DNA from: Phoronis australis
Taxonomy: Eukaryota > Animalia > Phoronida
Assembly: GCA_002633005.1 (NCBI GenBank)
Contig: NMRA01000051.1
Location: 933,273-997,272, forward strand
Length of the DNA: 64,000 bases
Direction: 5' to 3'
The notes beneath the pieces were generated by a model, which made no database searches, was not told where the DNA came from, and saw nothing but the letters and a program-made list of their open reading frames with translations. Made by a program: the position numbers and the translations under genes. How positions within the stretch are numbered: the stretch's first letter is position 1; every line of letters starts with the position of its first letter. Below are positions 40,001 through 50,561 of the stretch, in pieces.

Positions 40001-40253
40001 TCATGGAGTTTTGATGTCATGGTTATGATGTCATAGAATCTTGATGTCATAGAGTCATGATATCATGAAGCTGTCTTGCTTTGTCTTGTTTTTTGCTGCT
40101 GCAGCACTCACTGGACTGGCAGCACTGTCCATTGTATTGACTGTTATGTTGTATTGTTTTCTATTGTGTTTCTATTACCTTTAGGAAGTGGATACCAAAA
40201 GCACATCGAATAATGAGAATGATGCAGACAACATAAATGAACAATACCTAAAG
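4340..40253 (+). CDS. PLCE1: Partial (5') spliced CDS of a phospholipase C epsilon-like / RasGEF-REM-containing protein: join(4340-4397,14387-14571,17122-17214,25445-25996,27839-28085,30148-30302,32707-34173,40185-40253), about 942 aa, continuing beyond the window
   Basis: All eight segments have AG/GT borders and compatible phases (1,0,0,0,1,0,0,0) giving one stop-free frame. Motifs LVEAIDPNHDP-HLLCLLLQTLA and LLLPSDEWYYTNHSTKYAKFVKYHAARILVYMG match my recollection of invertebrate PLC-epsilon N-termini, and a REM-like motif follows. The gene structure is well supported; the name is recalled, not searched. Confidence 0.7.
7002..7084. repeat. (GCGT)n microsatellite
   Basis: About 20 tetranucleotide units seen directly. 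Confidence 0.95.
8950..9130 (-). repeat. Dispersed repeat (non-autonomous DNA element) fragment, inverted relative to copies at ~40967-41428 and ~42139-42830
   Basis: gacatgtccgtgtatttagccaagtgtctacagaat...gtcacgtgac is the approximate reverse complement of 42660-42810. Confidence 0.55.
9889..11560 (-). mobile_element. Internally deleted pogo/Tigger-type (Tc1/mariner superfamily) DNA transposon
   Basis: TIRs GGGGAGACCGG(G/C)GCTAGTTCG flanked by TA; subterminal gggcccaacttgcccc repeats at both ends; minus-strand remnants of HTH-psq (MDRHYKRKTK...VFGVPRTILQNY, from 10777) and a C-terminal PHD finger (CLVCLEPY...EKWVLCVYCKGW..C, ~10400-10540); no DDE core. Confidence 0.85.
12607..12765. mobile_element. 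159-bp Tc1/mariner-type MITE
   Basis: Perfect 24-bp TIR CCGTAATCGTTCGGGTTAACGCCC, TA on both sides, four internal GGGCGGTTAA repeats. Confidence 0.9.
12970..13805. repeat. Complex trinucleotide-derived minisatellite, 75-bp unit
   Basis: Repeat period of 25 codons (MMVTVMMTTALMVAMMVIATMMAIA in the ORF track), degenerating at both edges. Confidence 0.92.
14040..14331. mobile_element. MITE family A, copy 2
   Basis: tgggcctggggtcta...tactcgaaa...ttctactttta shared with the 2445 copy; ends in tagacccca; lies 55 bp upstream of the exon 2 acceptor. Confidence 0.65.
14387..14571 (+). CDS. PLCE1: Coding exon 2 (EKQTLSDFEKTLF...GELFHRLIQ)
   Basis: Acceptor tcttctactttcag|, donor CAG|gtttgt; lies within ORF 14341-14601. 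Confidence 0.8.
15028..16103 (+). mobile_element. Helentron-associated non-autonomous element (HINE/DINE-1-like), family 2
   Basis: 5' T-run plus hairpin ACTTGGCGAAA-TAAA-TTTCGCCAAGT; assembly gap (15087-15093) where the microsatellite is expected; 3' subterminal TTTCGCCAAG followed by stem-loop CGCTCC-TC-GGAGCG and a T-run. Confidence 0.7.
15087..15093. other. Assembly gap / ambiguous bases (7 N)
   Basis: nnnnnnn in the sequence. Confidence 1.
17122..17214 (+). CDS. PLCE1: Coding exon 3 (TCYGEIKKCHCHDDRLFVFHLLGKVLYLALQ)
   Basis: Acceptor ttcttttgccttgcag|, donor CAG|gtaaca; 93 nt, phase 0-0, open frame. Confidence 0.8.
17762..19199. mobile_element. ~1.44-kb non-autonomous Tc1/mariner-like element, family C (uninterrupted copy)
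   Basis: TIR CC(A/G)TATTCGCCCTAATAAGCGCCC / GGGTGCTTATTAGGACGAATACAG|TA; homologous copies at 44176-44374 and 48805-53030. Confidence 0.8.
20261..20480 (+). mobile_element. tRNA-derived SINE relic
   Basis: A-box-like tggcctagggtg and B-box GGTTCAAGTCCC (20308-20319), followed by cccttgagtcagg; 3' boundary approximate. Confidence 0.45.
21311..22900 (+). mobile_element. HINE/DINE-1-like element, family 1, copy A, with internal tandem array
   Basis: 5' ttttttATGCGCCCACA..hairpin..GTGCAT plus (GTCC)-like microsatellite; internal ~410-445-bp units each with three CCTAGTGGC-type motifs; 3' GTGTGCGCA plus stem-loop CAACGC-TCC-GCGTTG plus ctcttgtt. Confidence 0.8.
25445..25996 (+). CDS. PLCE1: Coding exon 4 (MLKGNQCLHFVAL...LVEAIDPNHDP)
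   Basis: Acceptor atgtttcag|, donor CCT|gtaagg; 552 nt inside ORF 25337-26128. Confidence 0.88.
26019..27394 (+). mobile_element. HINE family 1, copy B (diverged)
   Basis: Same 5' (gtgccca..gtgggtgcatattg) and 3' (ccctagaagcacacc...gcgttgctcttgtt) ends; starts 22 bp after the exon 4 donor. Confidence 0.75.
27839..28085 (+). CDS. PLCE1: Coding exon 5 (HLLCLLLQTLA...DEWYYTNHSTKY...VDLFDPK)
   Basis: Acceptor tctcccctatttccag|, donor AAAG|gtgggt (phase 1); GC3-rich codons; open frame not listed in the ORF track. Confidence 0.88.
28785..29260. mobile_element. MITE with long inverted ends and internal inverted sub-repeats
   Basis: gtggaaaccaact..ccacaggcac / gcatgcctgtgg..agttggtttccac; internal ttaccac/gtggtaa repeats. 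Confidence 0.7.
30148..30302 (+). CDS. PLCE1: Coding exon 6 (VFTDTLSHS...ASSPEGLVNHLLQ), start of REM-like motif
   Basis: Acceptor ttttgttgcag| (phase 1), donor CAG|gtaagc; lies within ORF 30147-30359. Confidence 0.85.
30900..31720 (+). mobile_element. HINE family 1, degraded internal array fragment
   Basis: Recognisable unit pieces (gaaaattggcaaataggt, cacctagtgg, gtgccctctagtgg); termini not clear. Confidence 0.55.
32707..34173 (+). CDS. PLCE1: Large coding exon 7 (489 codons) with split REM motif and Ser-rich insertion
   Basis: Acceptor cttttctttttccacag|, donor GAG|gtaagg; lies inside the longest ORF of the window (32599-34263). Confidence 0.92.
34677..35118. mobile_element. MITE inserted in HINE copy D
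   Basis: Inverted ends gattttctgtagataagccc / gggcttatctatgtaaaacc, TA on both sides; the host unit resumes with gccattttt. Confidence 0.6.
35535..37192 (+). mobile_element. HINE family 1, copy E (younger, nested in copy D)
   Basis: tttttATGCGCCCACATA-TTTA-TATGTGGACGCAT, (GTCC)-like repeats, well-conserved units, 3' GTGGGCGCAT plus CAACGC-TCT-GCGTTG-ctcttgtt. Confidence 0.82.
38160..39477 (+). mobile_element. HINE family 1, copy F
   Basis: 5' tgtgggtgcatattgctgtcatctctgtccggg; 3' cccctagaagcacacc...gtgggcgtatttcaacgctccgggttgctattgt. Confidence 0.78.
38489..38624. mobile_element. 136-bp MITE inserted in HINE copy F
   Basis: TIR cccgggtgagaattttacac / gtgtaaaattctcactcagg|ta; related gtgtaaaa repeats occur at ~60565-60710. 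Confidence 0.75.
40185..40253 (+). CDS. PLCE1: Coding exon 8 (EVDTKSTSNNENDADNINEQYLK)
   Basis: Long pyrimidine tract ending ttacctttag|, donor AAG|gtaaga; 69 nt, phase 0-0. Confidence 0.78.
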
Positions 40254-40277
40254 GTAAGACTGTTGGGATACATATGT

Positions 40278-40744
40278 AGAGACCCTGGTTTTCTGTTTTC
40301 AGAGCAATCCGTTTTAGCAAACTTAAAATTAATTTTTTTCCTTAAATGATCGGTTTTACTGTTTAAAAGTGATAGACAACTTAAAAATGATTTGGGAATT
40401 GTTTTACTTTTCTGCAGAATTATGCCACTGCTACATTTTATAGATAACTTGCTGCTTTCCATGTTAATTGTTTCTCAAAGCCGGAAAATGAACAACGCCA
40501 CCTTCAGGAAGAATGGACAATCTGAACATTTCTGCTGCAAAACAATTTTTTACCAATTTGTGGCCAGAATGTTCGAATTTTATGGATTTTATTCTTAATT
40601 CTTAATAAAAAAAACAAAAACTTTTAAAATTATGGTGTTTACAACTGAAATATGGAAATTTTGTGCGTAATCACAAATTCTGTGAAAGAAGTCAGATTCC
40701 GCAAATTCCGTCCGTTTCTGTTATTACAGGAAACCATTGTCTTT
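40278..40744. mobile_element. hAT-like MITE with 8-bp TSD ACATATGT
   Basis: Identical 8-bp flanks (40270-40277 and 40745-40752); imperfect TIR agagaccctggttttctgt / acaggaaaccattgtcttt. Confidence 0.7.
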
Positions 40745-40966
40745 ACATATGTTATGAATAGAGAAATATGAAACACTTTAAACATATCGAAACAATATAA
40801 ATTAAAGTAAAACAAAACAAATATTGTCTAATATGTCAGTCTAATGTTTTATCCACTTTGTGTCGAGGTACCTCAATGCAAGCACAATGTCCCTCGCAGC
40901 ATGAAATTGTTTTTAATCTACCTTAGTATTCTGACTTTTCTGGGCTGTTGACCTTAAGTTACTTAA

Positions 40967-42830
40967 GGGTATGTTTGACCCTCGAAAATGTCCAAATTTG
41001 GCAAATTTCAAACCTTCTTTATCTCGGAAATGACTGATTGTATTAATATGAAATCGTTGAAAAATATATATTTTGTGATTTCTATGAATAAACTCAAAAG
41101 TTGCATCAACGGAAACGAAGGGACGATTTAGAAAGTTGTAACGAGCATTGTTTTTGAAATTTAATCTTGAACAATTACATCAAGCCAAATTTGGTCATGT
41201 TTTTTATACCTTTGCATGGGATGTACCTGTTTCTTTTTAGCTATATTTTTCTAAAAAGACATGGTCATGTGACTCAATCAATAACATATTGGTATGAATT
41301 CAATTATCAAATTTTACATGTTTCTTACTTTCAAGAAAATGCATACCTGTTTGCCGAGTTAAAATCTGTAGTTTTCTCGATAGATATTTGTCTAAATGCC
41401 CAGACTAGTCGATAAGTTTCTACTATCCTTAAACTAGTTGTTTGGTGTTCAGAATGTGTTTAGATGCAGAGACTGGCGTTTCCATGTAAGAGCCAATTAC
41501 TGAACTAATTTTCAGCACAATTTTTGGATGTTAGCTTTTTCACAGTGTGAATATTTGGCCACTGCTGATGTTTGTGTCACATATTTTGTATAACACGGAT
41601 CTCTCCCAAGGTCAAAGTTTATTGAGCTTAAATATGCATAATCTCAATAAATTTTGAATATGCAAATGAAGAACTTGTTTACAAACAACCCCAGACCCTC
41701 CAGTGTGTCGAAAACCATCCAAGAACCAGTTACCATATCTCACAAAAGAGTCGTTTTGTAAGACTATTTTTATGTAAACGAGTATGGTTAATATTTCATC
41801 AGGGGGACAAACAACTGAGGCCACCGAAAACTGACTCGAGGTCTAGCTAATAAGCTAACACTCCTCACAATGACCACAACGAAAGCATTCGTTCTGTAAT
41901 TTCATTTTGCCGTCACTTTGTTCAATATTTGACATCATGCCATTTTGCTTCTAGTTGTGCATTTCTTAGGACGACAAAGGACTCCCTGGGAAACCCCCAC
42001 AGCATGAAACAAGGCACAGTTTTTATTATTTGTTTATTTCACTATAAAATAACAGTTACTTTATTAATAATGGGAATTACTAGCCTAAGGGTTTTTTATA
42101 GGTTCACACTTATTTTTAAGTGTATCGGTTGTAGTTAAGGATACACACAGTTCTCCAGGGAGTTACTTGGCGCTTGCTACAAACTTAAATATACAGGGTT
42201 TTAATGAGACATAGCATCTTTAAGTCCTTGTTTTCAAAAGGAGCTATGTATTACCCAAAGTCACAGGAAAACCACCCAAGATTGTTCATTGACACCTAAC
42301 ACAATAGATCTGGAACTAAGCTTGGCTCTTGTTTATTTTGAGCCACCCTAGAAAAATGTCCAATTTTGGACCAATTCAGGACATCATATCTCAGAAGTGG
42401 CTGTCTGGATTCACATGAAATTTTAAGATACTATGGTTTGTGCACTGCTCTACAAAACTGTGTTACATATGTATGACTCGTATGGTTTTTATGAAAAAAT
42501 AAAGTTGCATAAATTGAAAGCAAAACAATTATTTAGAAAACTATAATAATTTTTCTGAGATTTTATCTTGAACGTTTAATGTGAAATTGGGTCATGTTAT
42601 CGATCCTGTTGTTTTGCTATGTCAGAATATACCTAATTCTTTTCGCTACATTTTCCTATAAAACTATGGTCACATGACTTTCATTAATGGCAAATTGGTC
42701 AATAGTGTCAAAAATTATATTCTACGGGATTTCTACTCACAGAAAATGTATACTTTTACCGAGTTAAATTCTAGATTCTTGTACACATTTGGCTAAATGT
42801 ACAGACATGTCTATACTGTACTACATGGCC
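40967..42830. repeat. Two related diverged copies of a non-autonomous DNA element (approx. 40967-41428 and 42139-42830), TTAA-bounded
   Basis: Shared colinear blocks aaaatgtccaa.tttgg, ggtcatgtgact/ggtcacatgact, ccgagttaaa, ctaaatg..cagac; boundaries uncertain. Confidence 0.55.
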
Positions 42831-44175
42831 TTAATGTGACATTTCCTCCTAATTAAAAATGGTTGACAGGTAATTTGTTACAACTGAACTGTCGCTTTAC
42901 ATAAGATTGAGATTGCAAGTGTCATCTTTCTGCTATAATTTTGTTCATGTGCCATATTCTCAATCTGCTAGTCTCACTAACTTAAAAAAATTAGAAATGC
43001 TTGTCCAATGAAATTAGTGCCTGATACTATTTCGAAAGCAATTGCATATTTCATTTTTTTTTCATCAAGGTGCCTTGTCTCTAGACTTCAAAAGTCATAT
43101 ATCATCGATTAATCTGATTGTGAACATATCCTGTCGTATGTTGCTCAGGGTGCTTTAAAAAGGATCTGCTCGCTTGACACTATGGCAGCATGTTATAGAC
43201 ATGACTTGAAAGAAGGCATACTGAGTTGTCATCACTTAGTGCCTTATGTCATTGATGCTTTTCTGTAAGATATGCAACCTAAGGTTACCTGAATGACAAT
43301 TCAGTCATTGCTTAACAGTGATTAATTGTTTACCAGGTAACGTGTAGATAAGATGGCATGACGACTAATAATTAAATGGGGCACTAACCTATGTACATAA
43401 TGTTTAGGGTCAGACTTTCTATTCAGGATGAGCCGTCTATGTAAACGGTGTCTCCTCAAGATACACCTGTTAGATAGTTGAGGCACCTGGTTACAAGCGA
43501 ACTCACAAAATGGGTGGCTAGGGACAGGCTCCAGGTTACAGCTTGTGGATTGCTGTGTGTGCTTTTTTACTTTGTCTCCAATTGATTACAGATATATCAC
43601 AGTAGATGGAGGTAGGTTTAAATCACTAGTTCATTCTGTGATCTGAGGGGGTATTCTAATGTATTCACTCTGAGATGTACATTGAGTAATCTGACCTAAC
43701 TCTAAGACTAGTCAGTAGGTTCTGTGATTAAAGTAACTGCTAGTTCAGATAATGTTTTTTCTGTAGATGAAAGGTAATCATCCTCAGCTTTCGTATTGGT
43801 CATATATTATAATTGTGGTCAACTTAGTCGGTCAGTCCATAATCCGCGTCCAGCTCTAGTGCATCTCCAAAACCCCTGGGTGAATGTTTGTGAAACTTTA
43901 TTGACATGATGTCAACAGTATCCAAATATTCGGACATATTTGACTGCATTCTTGGAGAATCGATTTTGAATTATTTGGATATTTAGATTTCCCTCGACTG
44001 CCTACCAACATGTGTCACTTCAAGGCTTTTAAATCCCGTTCATTGTCCTAAGTTTGCTGCAAATTATATTGAAGTTAAATTGATTGTTCCAAAAAATTGT
44101 TTTAATAATTCAGAAAACATGATCTATCTTTAACAAGTTAGTCATTCTCTGTTTTGAAATTGAAGTTTTAGAGTA

Positions 44176-44374
44176 CCGTATTCACCTTAATAAGCGCTCA
44201 TGACCCTATTAGCGCCTCCTCGCATTTTCAGACTTTACTAAAATAAACGCCTAGCCCATGAACTTGTACAGGTGAAAAATGCCTTTCCTACACGACTCTA
44301 AAATTCTACAGTCACGTCTTCAACTTACCAATAAGATCTGACAGTCCTGAAAAATTCACTGTGCATGGAATTTG
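44176..44374. mobile_element. Family C element, truncated left end
   Basis: ta|ccgtattcaccttaataagcgc...ttttcagactttactaaaataa...cagtcctgaaaaa colinear with 17762-17960. Confidence 0.75.
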
Positions 44375-46477
44375 ATAATTATACTTTTATTGTAGTCATC
44401 CGTTTGTTATGCTCAGTCAAAAAGCACGGCAAGCAATCAGTTAATTTCAAATTAACTTATACCTTGATAATATTCATTTCTTAAATGAAAACTTCATGAA
44501 ATTAAATGGGTTACTCTTCTTTGTTAATACTTATAAATTTTATGAAGCCAAAATAAACCCTGAGTTTGAAATATGCAAACATGTATATCTAATTGAGGCC
44601 ATGTGCTGTGGAGGAAAGTCACAGGCCATATTTCATTGTTGGTTTACTGTGTATGTAAACATATGTCTTCTCTGTCTCTTCTATCCATCAACAAGTCTGT
44701 GAACTTGTGTAATTACCAGCACCTACGCAGCCCCCTCTTTGGCCAACTGACGTGACCACGTTTCTTGGAATTGCCTCAATATTTGTGATGTCAACATTAT
44801 GTAGCAAGATTTTGCATTCCAACATTTCCGGCTAAACGGATGTTATTAGAAAATTGTAGCTTTTGATGGATGATGAAGGGTTCTGAAGTCCTGCAAATTG
44901 CCTGTTAAATTGAAAATCGTTGTCTTTTCTTGCATTTTGTTTGAGAGCTGTGCCTAGTTGGAGTTGGTCAGGCCAGATGCATCAGGCTGGTGTGTAATTG
45001 TGTACATTCCTCATGAGTAAATTAGTCCTGGAATGAGTTTTATGACCTGATGGCATCCTCTGTTAATGCATTGCTGTTTCCTGGAGAAACATGTTGCAAG
45101 ATTTCTATGCACAAATATTAGTGTTTTATTTGCCTGATAATTGGTAACCAGATCACAACATTGGTTGCTGGTGGTGGCACTTTGCAAAGCCTCATTTTAT
45201 CTCACTTCAGTATTTAAATTTGATATCCAGTGGATTTTCAGTGTCCTCAACTCCACCGTTGGTGAAAGAGCCGTGGTGCATTCAAACCCAGAACACTTCA
45301 GTTATCGTAGTGTCAGGGGTAACAGGAATCAAACTGTGAGAAAAACCACCTAGTGGTTTTATATAATTTGAACTGGCTGTTTTCTTGTTGTATTTTTCAA
45401 CATCCACCGACCTGGACAATATTTGCACCGAGTGACACCCTCGACTGTTGTTTCCTAAGTGACTGATAGTCTGAAGCAGATCTGACTAGTTGTGACCACA
45501 GTCAAACTGGGACACATTTTAATGTACCATTGATGGCTTATTGATTTGGTGGATGACCTTTGACTATAACTTTCAACTGTGTGGTTACATTTTTCTGCTG
45601 TTTCTGTTTTAGAATTTTATGTCCATAGCAACAGGAGAAATGGAAATTTATTTAGTTGATAATACAGAAATACTCCAGCATGGGTGCCGACTTTAATGTC
45701 AGTGGTTTGTCTAATTGTCTAATTGTTAATTGCTGTTGTCTAGACCACTAGGGGGCCTTTGTTTTTCTTAATTGTCGCCACCATTTGCAATTGGAGCCAG
45801 CCATTCAGCTTCTGTAGCCTTTGCTTCCTGGAATGCATCCTACATTATTCAGCAGGCTGTAAATCACCAATTGGGTCTGTGTGGGCAATTGACTCAGTTG
45901 GCAGTGGAGTTTATCTGTTTGGGTATTCTTGAATTCTTTGTTATCTTCTGCCTCACATTTGATTGAGTGGTACTGGTTTGGTGGTTTGTTGTCAGAGTTT
46001 TTCTTGTTGGGTCATATCTCTTCTTCGGTGGTTGGGTTTCCTCAGCTGTTCTTATGACATGTGTTTTGGTTGTGTTAAGACTACCAACTTGTAAATAGAA
46101 TTTGTAATGTGACATCTCCTGGTTGGTTTTTAATTAATACTGTTTGTTTTGATTGGTGCAAATTTAAATTAGCCACCAGTTGTTGAAAGGGTTGTTATTG
46201 GCTTCAGGGAGCTGGTATGTGGTAGGCGTTATGGTAATGGATTCTTATTTTGACATTTTAGTACATTTCAGTTTTATTATTTTCTGATTTTCACCAGGAA
46301 ACAGTATTTTGCCTGTGTGTTACACAGACCTCCATGTGTTTTCAGTAATGCGCTTGTTGTGATTCAGTTTTTGCCTCCAGGACTAACGGGATTATTTTAG
46401 CTGTCAGTTAAAGATTGTTGCCCTAGGCTGGTTGGTTCACCATGTGTTTGAGTGTATGCGTGGAATTGTAAACGGGA

Positions 46478-46777
46478 ATGATTTCCCAGACATCCAGAGA
46501 GAAGCATTCAGAGCAGTTGGGGCGCAGGATACTTAGTCTCCGATTGGAATTGTGCAAGTTGGAACAGCGGATCAGGGCAATGCTTGTAAAGACTCACAGC
46601 CGTGGAAAATCCGTTCTGCAACGGAACTTGAGCTTTGAGACTCCTGACAAAATCTGGTGGCGCGTGACGATTCGCGTGCATCAGAAAGTCATCTTGGAAC
46701 AATTTCCTTATTTTGGATTAATCGAAAAGTGCAATTTGAAACTCGGATACTTAAAGGATACTATTTGTAGATTTGGG
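46478..46777 (+). CDS. Candidate alternative first (or cassette) exon, 100 codons
   Basis: ATG at 46478, frame open to a consensus donor GGG|gtaagt in phase 0; a weak in-frame acceptor tttcccag| lies at 46489. No recognisable homology. Confidence 0.35.
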
Positions 46778-49689
46778 GTAAGTGTATTTTTGACACTTCA
46801 TTTTCCAAGTGGTTTGTAGATTGACAAGGCAGATGCTGTTAAGCACAATTATTCTATGTTGTTGTGTGTTTTGGTGCAGTCAGATGTCATCTTTTTCAAT
46901 TTTAACAATCTATGTGGGATTGAAGTGCCTCCACCCATGTATGGGTTTTGTTTCTAAAAGAACTTTGAGCCAGTTGCCTATTTTTTCGGCAGATGCAGGC
47001 CTGGTGGCAATGGTTGCTTTTGACAGAATTAACAACTAGCAACCATCTTTATGAAAAGATGAATTGTGAGCCAGCGGTTCGAGAGCAACGGTCTCATTGT
47101 TTAGTGTGTGTATTTTCCCAGAAGCGAATAATACTGGTAAAAAACTGGCAGGATGAAAAGAGGATGATGATATTCAGTCCAACATGACATTCCACCTCCT
47201 GTTAGTAATAATTAATATTAACCACTTCAATTTAACTTATCACAGATGACAGACATTGGACAAGCTTCACAAATATGCATCCTGTAGATAACAGGGCTTA
47301 CCACCTGGTAGGCCAGAAATATTTAGGAAATTGTCAATTTCCACTGTAATTGAATAAGGCATATATATATATTAGGCTGGTTTTGCTGTAACATCGTTTG
47401 TAGATTTGTTAAGCATATCTTCTAGAAGTTATTGGAACTCAAAGACTTCCTCAGTAGTCAATTAGAGTTTGGTCAATGAAACGATGCAGTGGAATTTTGT
47501 CAAATTTCCAAAGTAACTATTAGGTGATTGACAAAACTGGCTAGTTTGCAGTGTTTTTTAGATTTTCCGTAATAATCACATCCTCACAAAATGATGGGAC
47601 TCACAGACGTAGTAGATAAGAATCTTGTCAATGAAACTTTTATGGAGGAAAGTTAATGTTAAAACTAGATTAGATTTTCTGAGTTATCTTTACTCCTAGG
47701 GGTAATCACGTTATTGCAACCGTATTGAAAATTATTGTTTAATGTTTGGATTATCGGAATTGTTTGCCTGAACACAGAAATACTTTTAGTGAGATGAGAT
47801 TCTCTATGTTTAAGTGTTTTTCCAGTTATGTGAAGCTTGGGGCATATCTTAACTTTTATACCAGTACTGGTCAAATGACCCAACCTAACATAAAGTTCAT
47901 TTTCACAGTCATCACAAACTTTTATTTCAATGTTTTGTTAAATCTAATGATATTTAACTGATATGTAGGCCACATAAGCCAATTTTTGCTATTTAACAGA
48001 CAGACCCAACTATGATCTCGTGGATATTTTGCCACGGCTTGATGGCCAAATAATCAGATATTTGCAGTTCACCTTACAAACTTTCAACGATCTTAATATT
48101 TAATTATTAATATTATGTGCCAATTTTTTTGACAAATAATTAGATTTTTGCTATTTAACTGACAAAGACATCAGCTCTTAATTGTTGATCCAGACAGGGG
48201 TGAGGTAACATGGGCAGCGCACCATAGAGGGCTGGGGAACTATCATCACGGGTGAGGTAAATGTCATGGAATTTTTTTGTGATTGGACACAAAATTTAGC
48301 TAGGGGATTAAAAAATGTTTGAATGAGCATAGATTTGGCTAGGCAGGGATATACTTAACCACTCGCCCAGTTGCCAATGCGAGTAAAAATGATGCTGGAC
48401 GAGTAGAAGTTGACTTGCCGGTCGCCCAGGTAGCGAGCGAATTTTCAGAGCGCAAAAACACTATATCGTTTCCCAGATGAACATGAATAAATTTTCTCCT
48501 CCTTGTGCTGTTTTTCTCCTGAATTTAAGGCTCAGTTTAGTCAGCGTGTCGATGCTCCGGCTGTAAAAAACATCAAGGCAGTGCGATCCTACCAATTCAG
48601 TAGATGGCACCCGTTATGCGATTTGTCTAGACAAAAGAACACAGTGTGTGGTCGTGCACAAAGGAATTTGTGGACTAGTCCGAAACGACGAAAAGGTGGG
48701 AAAGGCGGAAGACCAGTCCATGTGCTCACAGCAAGTGAAATATCATATTGCTTGGAACTGATTTCTTATTCTAATGTATAATGCAAAGTCGTTTTAGCCA
48801 AAATTTTTTGTTCTAATAAGCGCCCATGCCGATATAAGCGACCCCCTGCACTCGTTTTCAGACTTCGCTAAAATAAGAGTCCAGTCCATGAACGTGTACA
48901 TATGCGAAAAATGCCTTACCTACAGTTCTAAAATACTACTAAACAGTAAATTGTCTTCAATTTATCAATAATATCTGGCAGTCCTGAAAAATCATTGTGC
49001 GTGGAATTTCTAGACCACGAGCCTTGCCGCTATGGCGGTATTTAACCGTGGCTCCACACTTCAAAAATAACGCAAAAGTTCTGCTGATCTTGCGAGGAAC
49101 GTGTCCTACTATGGCCAGGTCTTTCAGAACAGACGCAGCGTACTTGTGAACCGGATTGCATTGTATCTTTCCTGTTCAGCTCATCTCCCTCAATAGAAAT
49201 GCAGATTACTTTTTGTACACGTAAAAACCGCAATCGAAACTTGACCAGTCTTAATGAGCACGTGGCCAAGAATCGCGCGCTGTGGCCAACTTATATGTTA
49301 GTATGTGGGTCTGCTACTGACTCTGGCAAATGAAATCTGATGACACGCACCCGCTTGCTCACTCGGCGCACTCCTGCAGACTGACTTCAAAACAAACGTC
49401 ACGTGACAACAACATTTTCGCTTGTTGCGGGGTGCAATCTAGCCCAGATTTGGACTGCGGTTTATCCCGACTCTACAGGAACTTAAAAATCTTAAGTACG
49501 CTATCTGGAAAACTTAAAGGAGAATGCCACCCGATTTAATTAGTCTTTTTTACCGTCTTTATTGGTCTATATCCACATCACCTCGTTTACGGTAGATCTC
49601 ACCTCGCCGAGAGATGTCGCGTTAACCTGTGAGGAAGGTGAGAAACGACTCAGCGACGTCAGTGGTTCTTCTGCAGAGTGAGTGCCGCT

Positions 49690-49995
49690 ATGAAGTGGTG
49701 TATTGTTCCCGCTTGTGTGAACTATGAAGCTACGAGGAAAGCTGGTATATCGTTTTTTTTTTTCGATTTCTTCGAGAGCACACAATGCTTCGGAAGTGGT
49801 TCGCGGTAGTGAAGAATAAAAAGTATGCCCTAATACCAATTAAGTATGAGGCCGTGAAACTTTTCTGTGTCTGTGGCAGGCATTTCGTCTACATGGATTT
49901 CACGGACGATCGAATGCCGGCTTACCAAACAGCTCATGCCGGGGCAGAAAAGGAAACTGATTATGAAGTCAGATGTTGTGCCTAGTGTGTTTGGG
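49690..49995 (+). pseudogene. Frameshifted THAP zinc-finger domain (transposase N-terminus)
   Basis: MKWCIVPACVN...GISFF/RF, LRKWFAVV, VCGRHF and LIMKSDVVPSVF across three frames, giving the C2CH THAP signature with its AVPTIF-like box. Confidence 0.78.
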
Positions 49996-50144
49996 TTCTG
50001 TAGGCAGGAGACAAAACAACGCGGATCAGTTGTTGCTCAGTTTTTGATTATGGAGAATTGTAGCTGGCCATGGAAACATAAACAATTACAATTAATTCAA
50101 GGCGTGAGAACATATCGTTTTATATAACCTGTTTGAAGACTTAC

Positions 50145-50561
50145 TCGTTCGTCAGGCTTCTGTTTGGACCTCTGGGTGTATGATGTTTTCGCCAGTTCTT
50201 TTTCCCAAAAACGTCGTAAGCAGGATAATCTGTTTAGATGCGGTGCAAAATCAGGATGGTCCGTGAGACACATCTACGCTTCTCCTAGAAGGCGTTTCAC
50301 TTGCAGAATTTCGTGGCAGCAAACGCAAGCGTCAGTTGTTTCCATTATGGTGTAGTTAGCACACTGACACCGTGACAAATCATTCAAATGATTTTCGGAA
50401 CTATCCATATGTTCCATTGTCTGTGCACGTTCACGGCGCCTCTCTTGTATTTCTTGATCAGTGAATTCCGGTTCGAACTGATAGCTTATGAAACCTAACG
50501 ATCGACTTGTGAAGCCTTCGTCGGATGAGCACTTGTCTACGTCAGGATTGTGAGTGGCCAC
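50145..50561 (-). pseudogene. P2X7 C-terminal (ballast)/nanor-like Cys-rich ORF remnant, probably a Kolobok accessory protein (KolX-like)
   Basis: YQFEPE, then CQCANY.IMET..ACVCCHEI, an in-frame stop, then CLTDHPDF, typical of this domain; probable splice donor GA|gtaagt near 50145. Confidence 0.7.
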
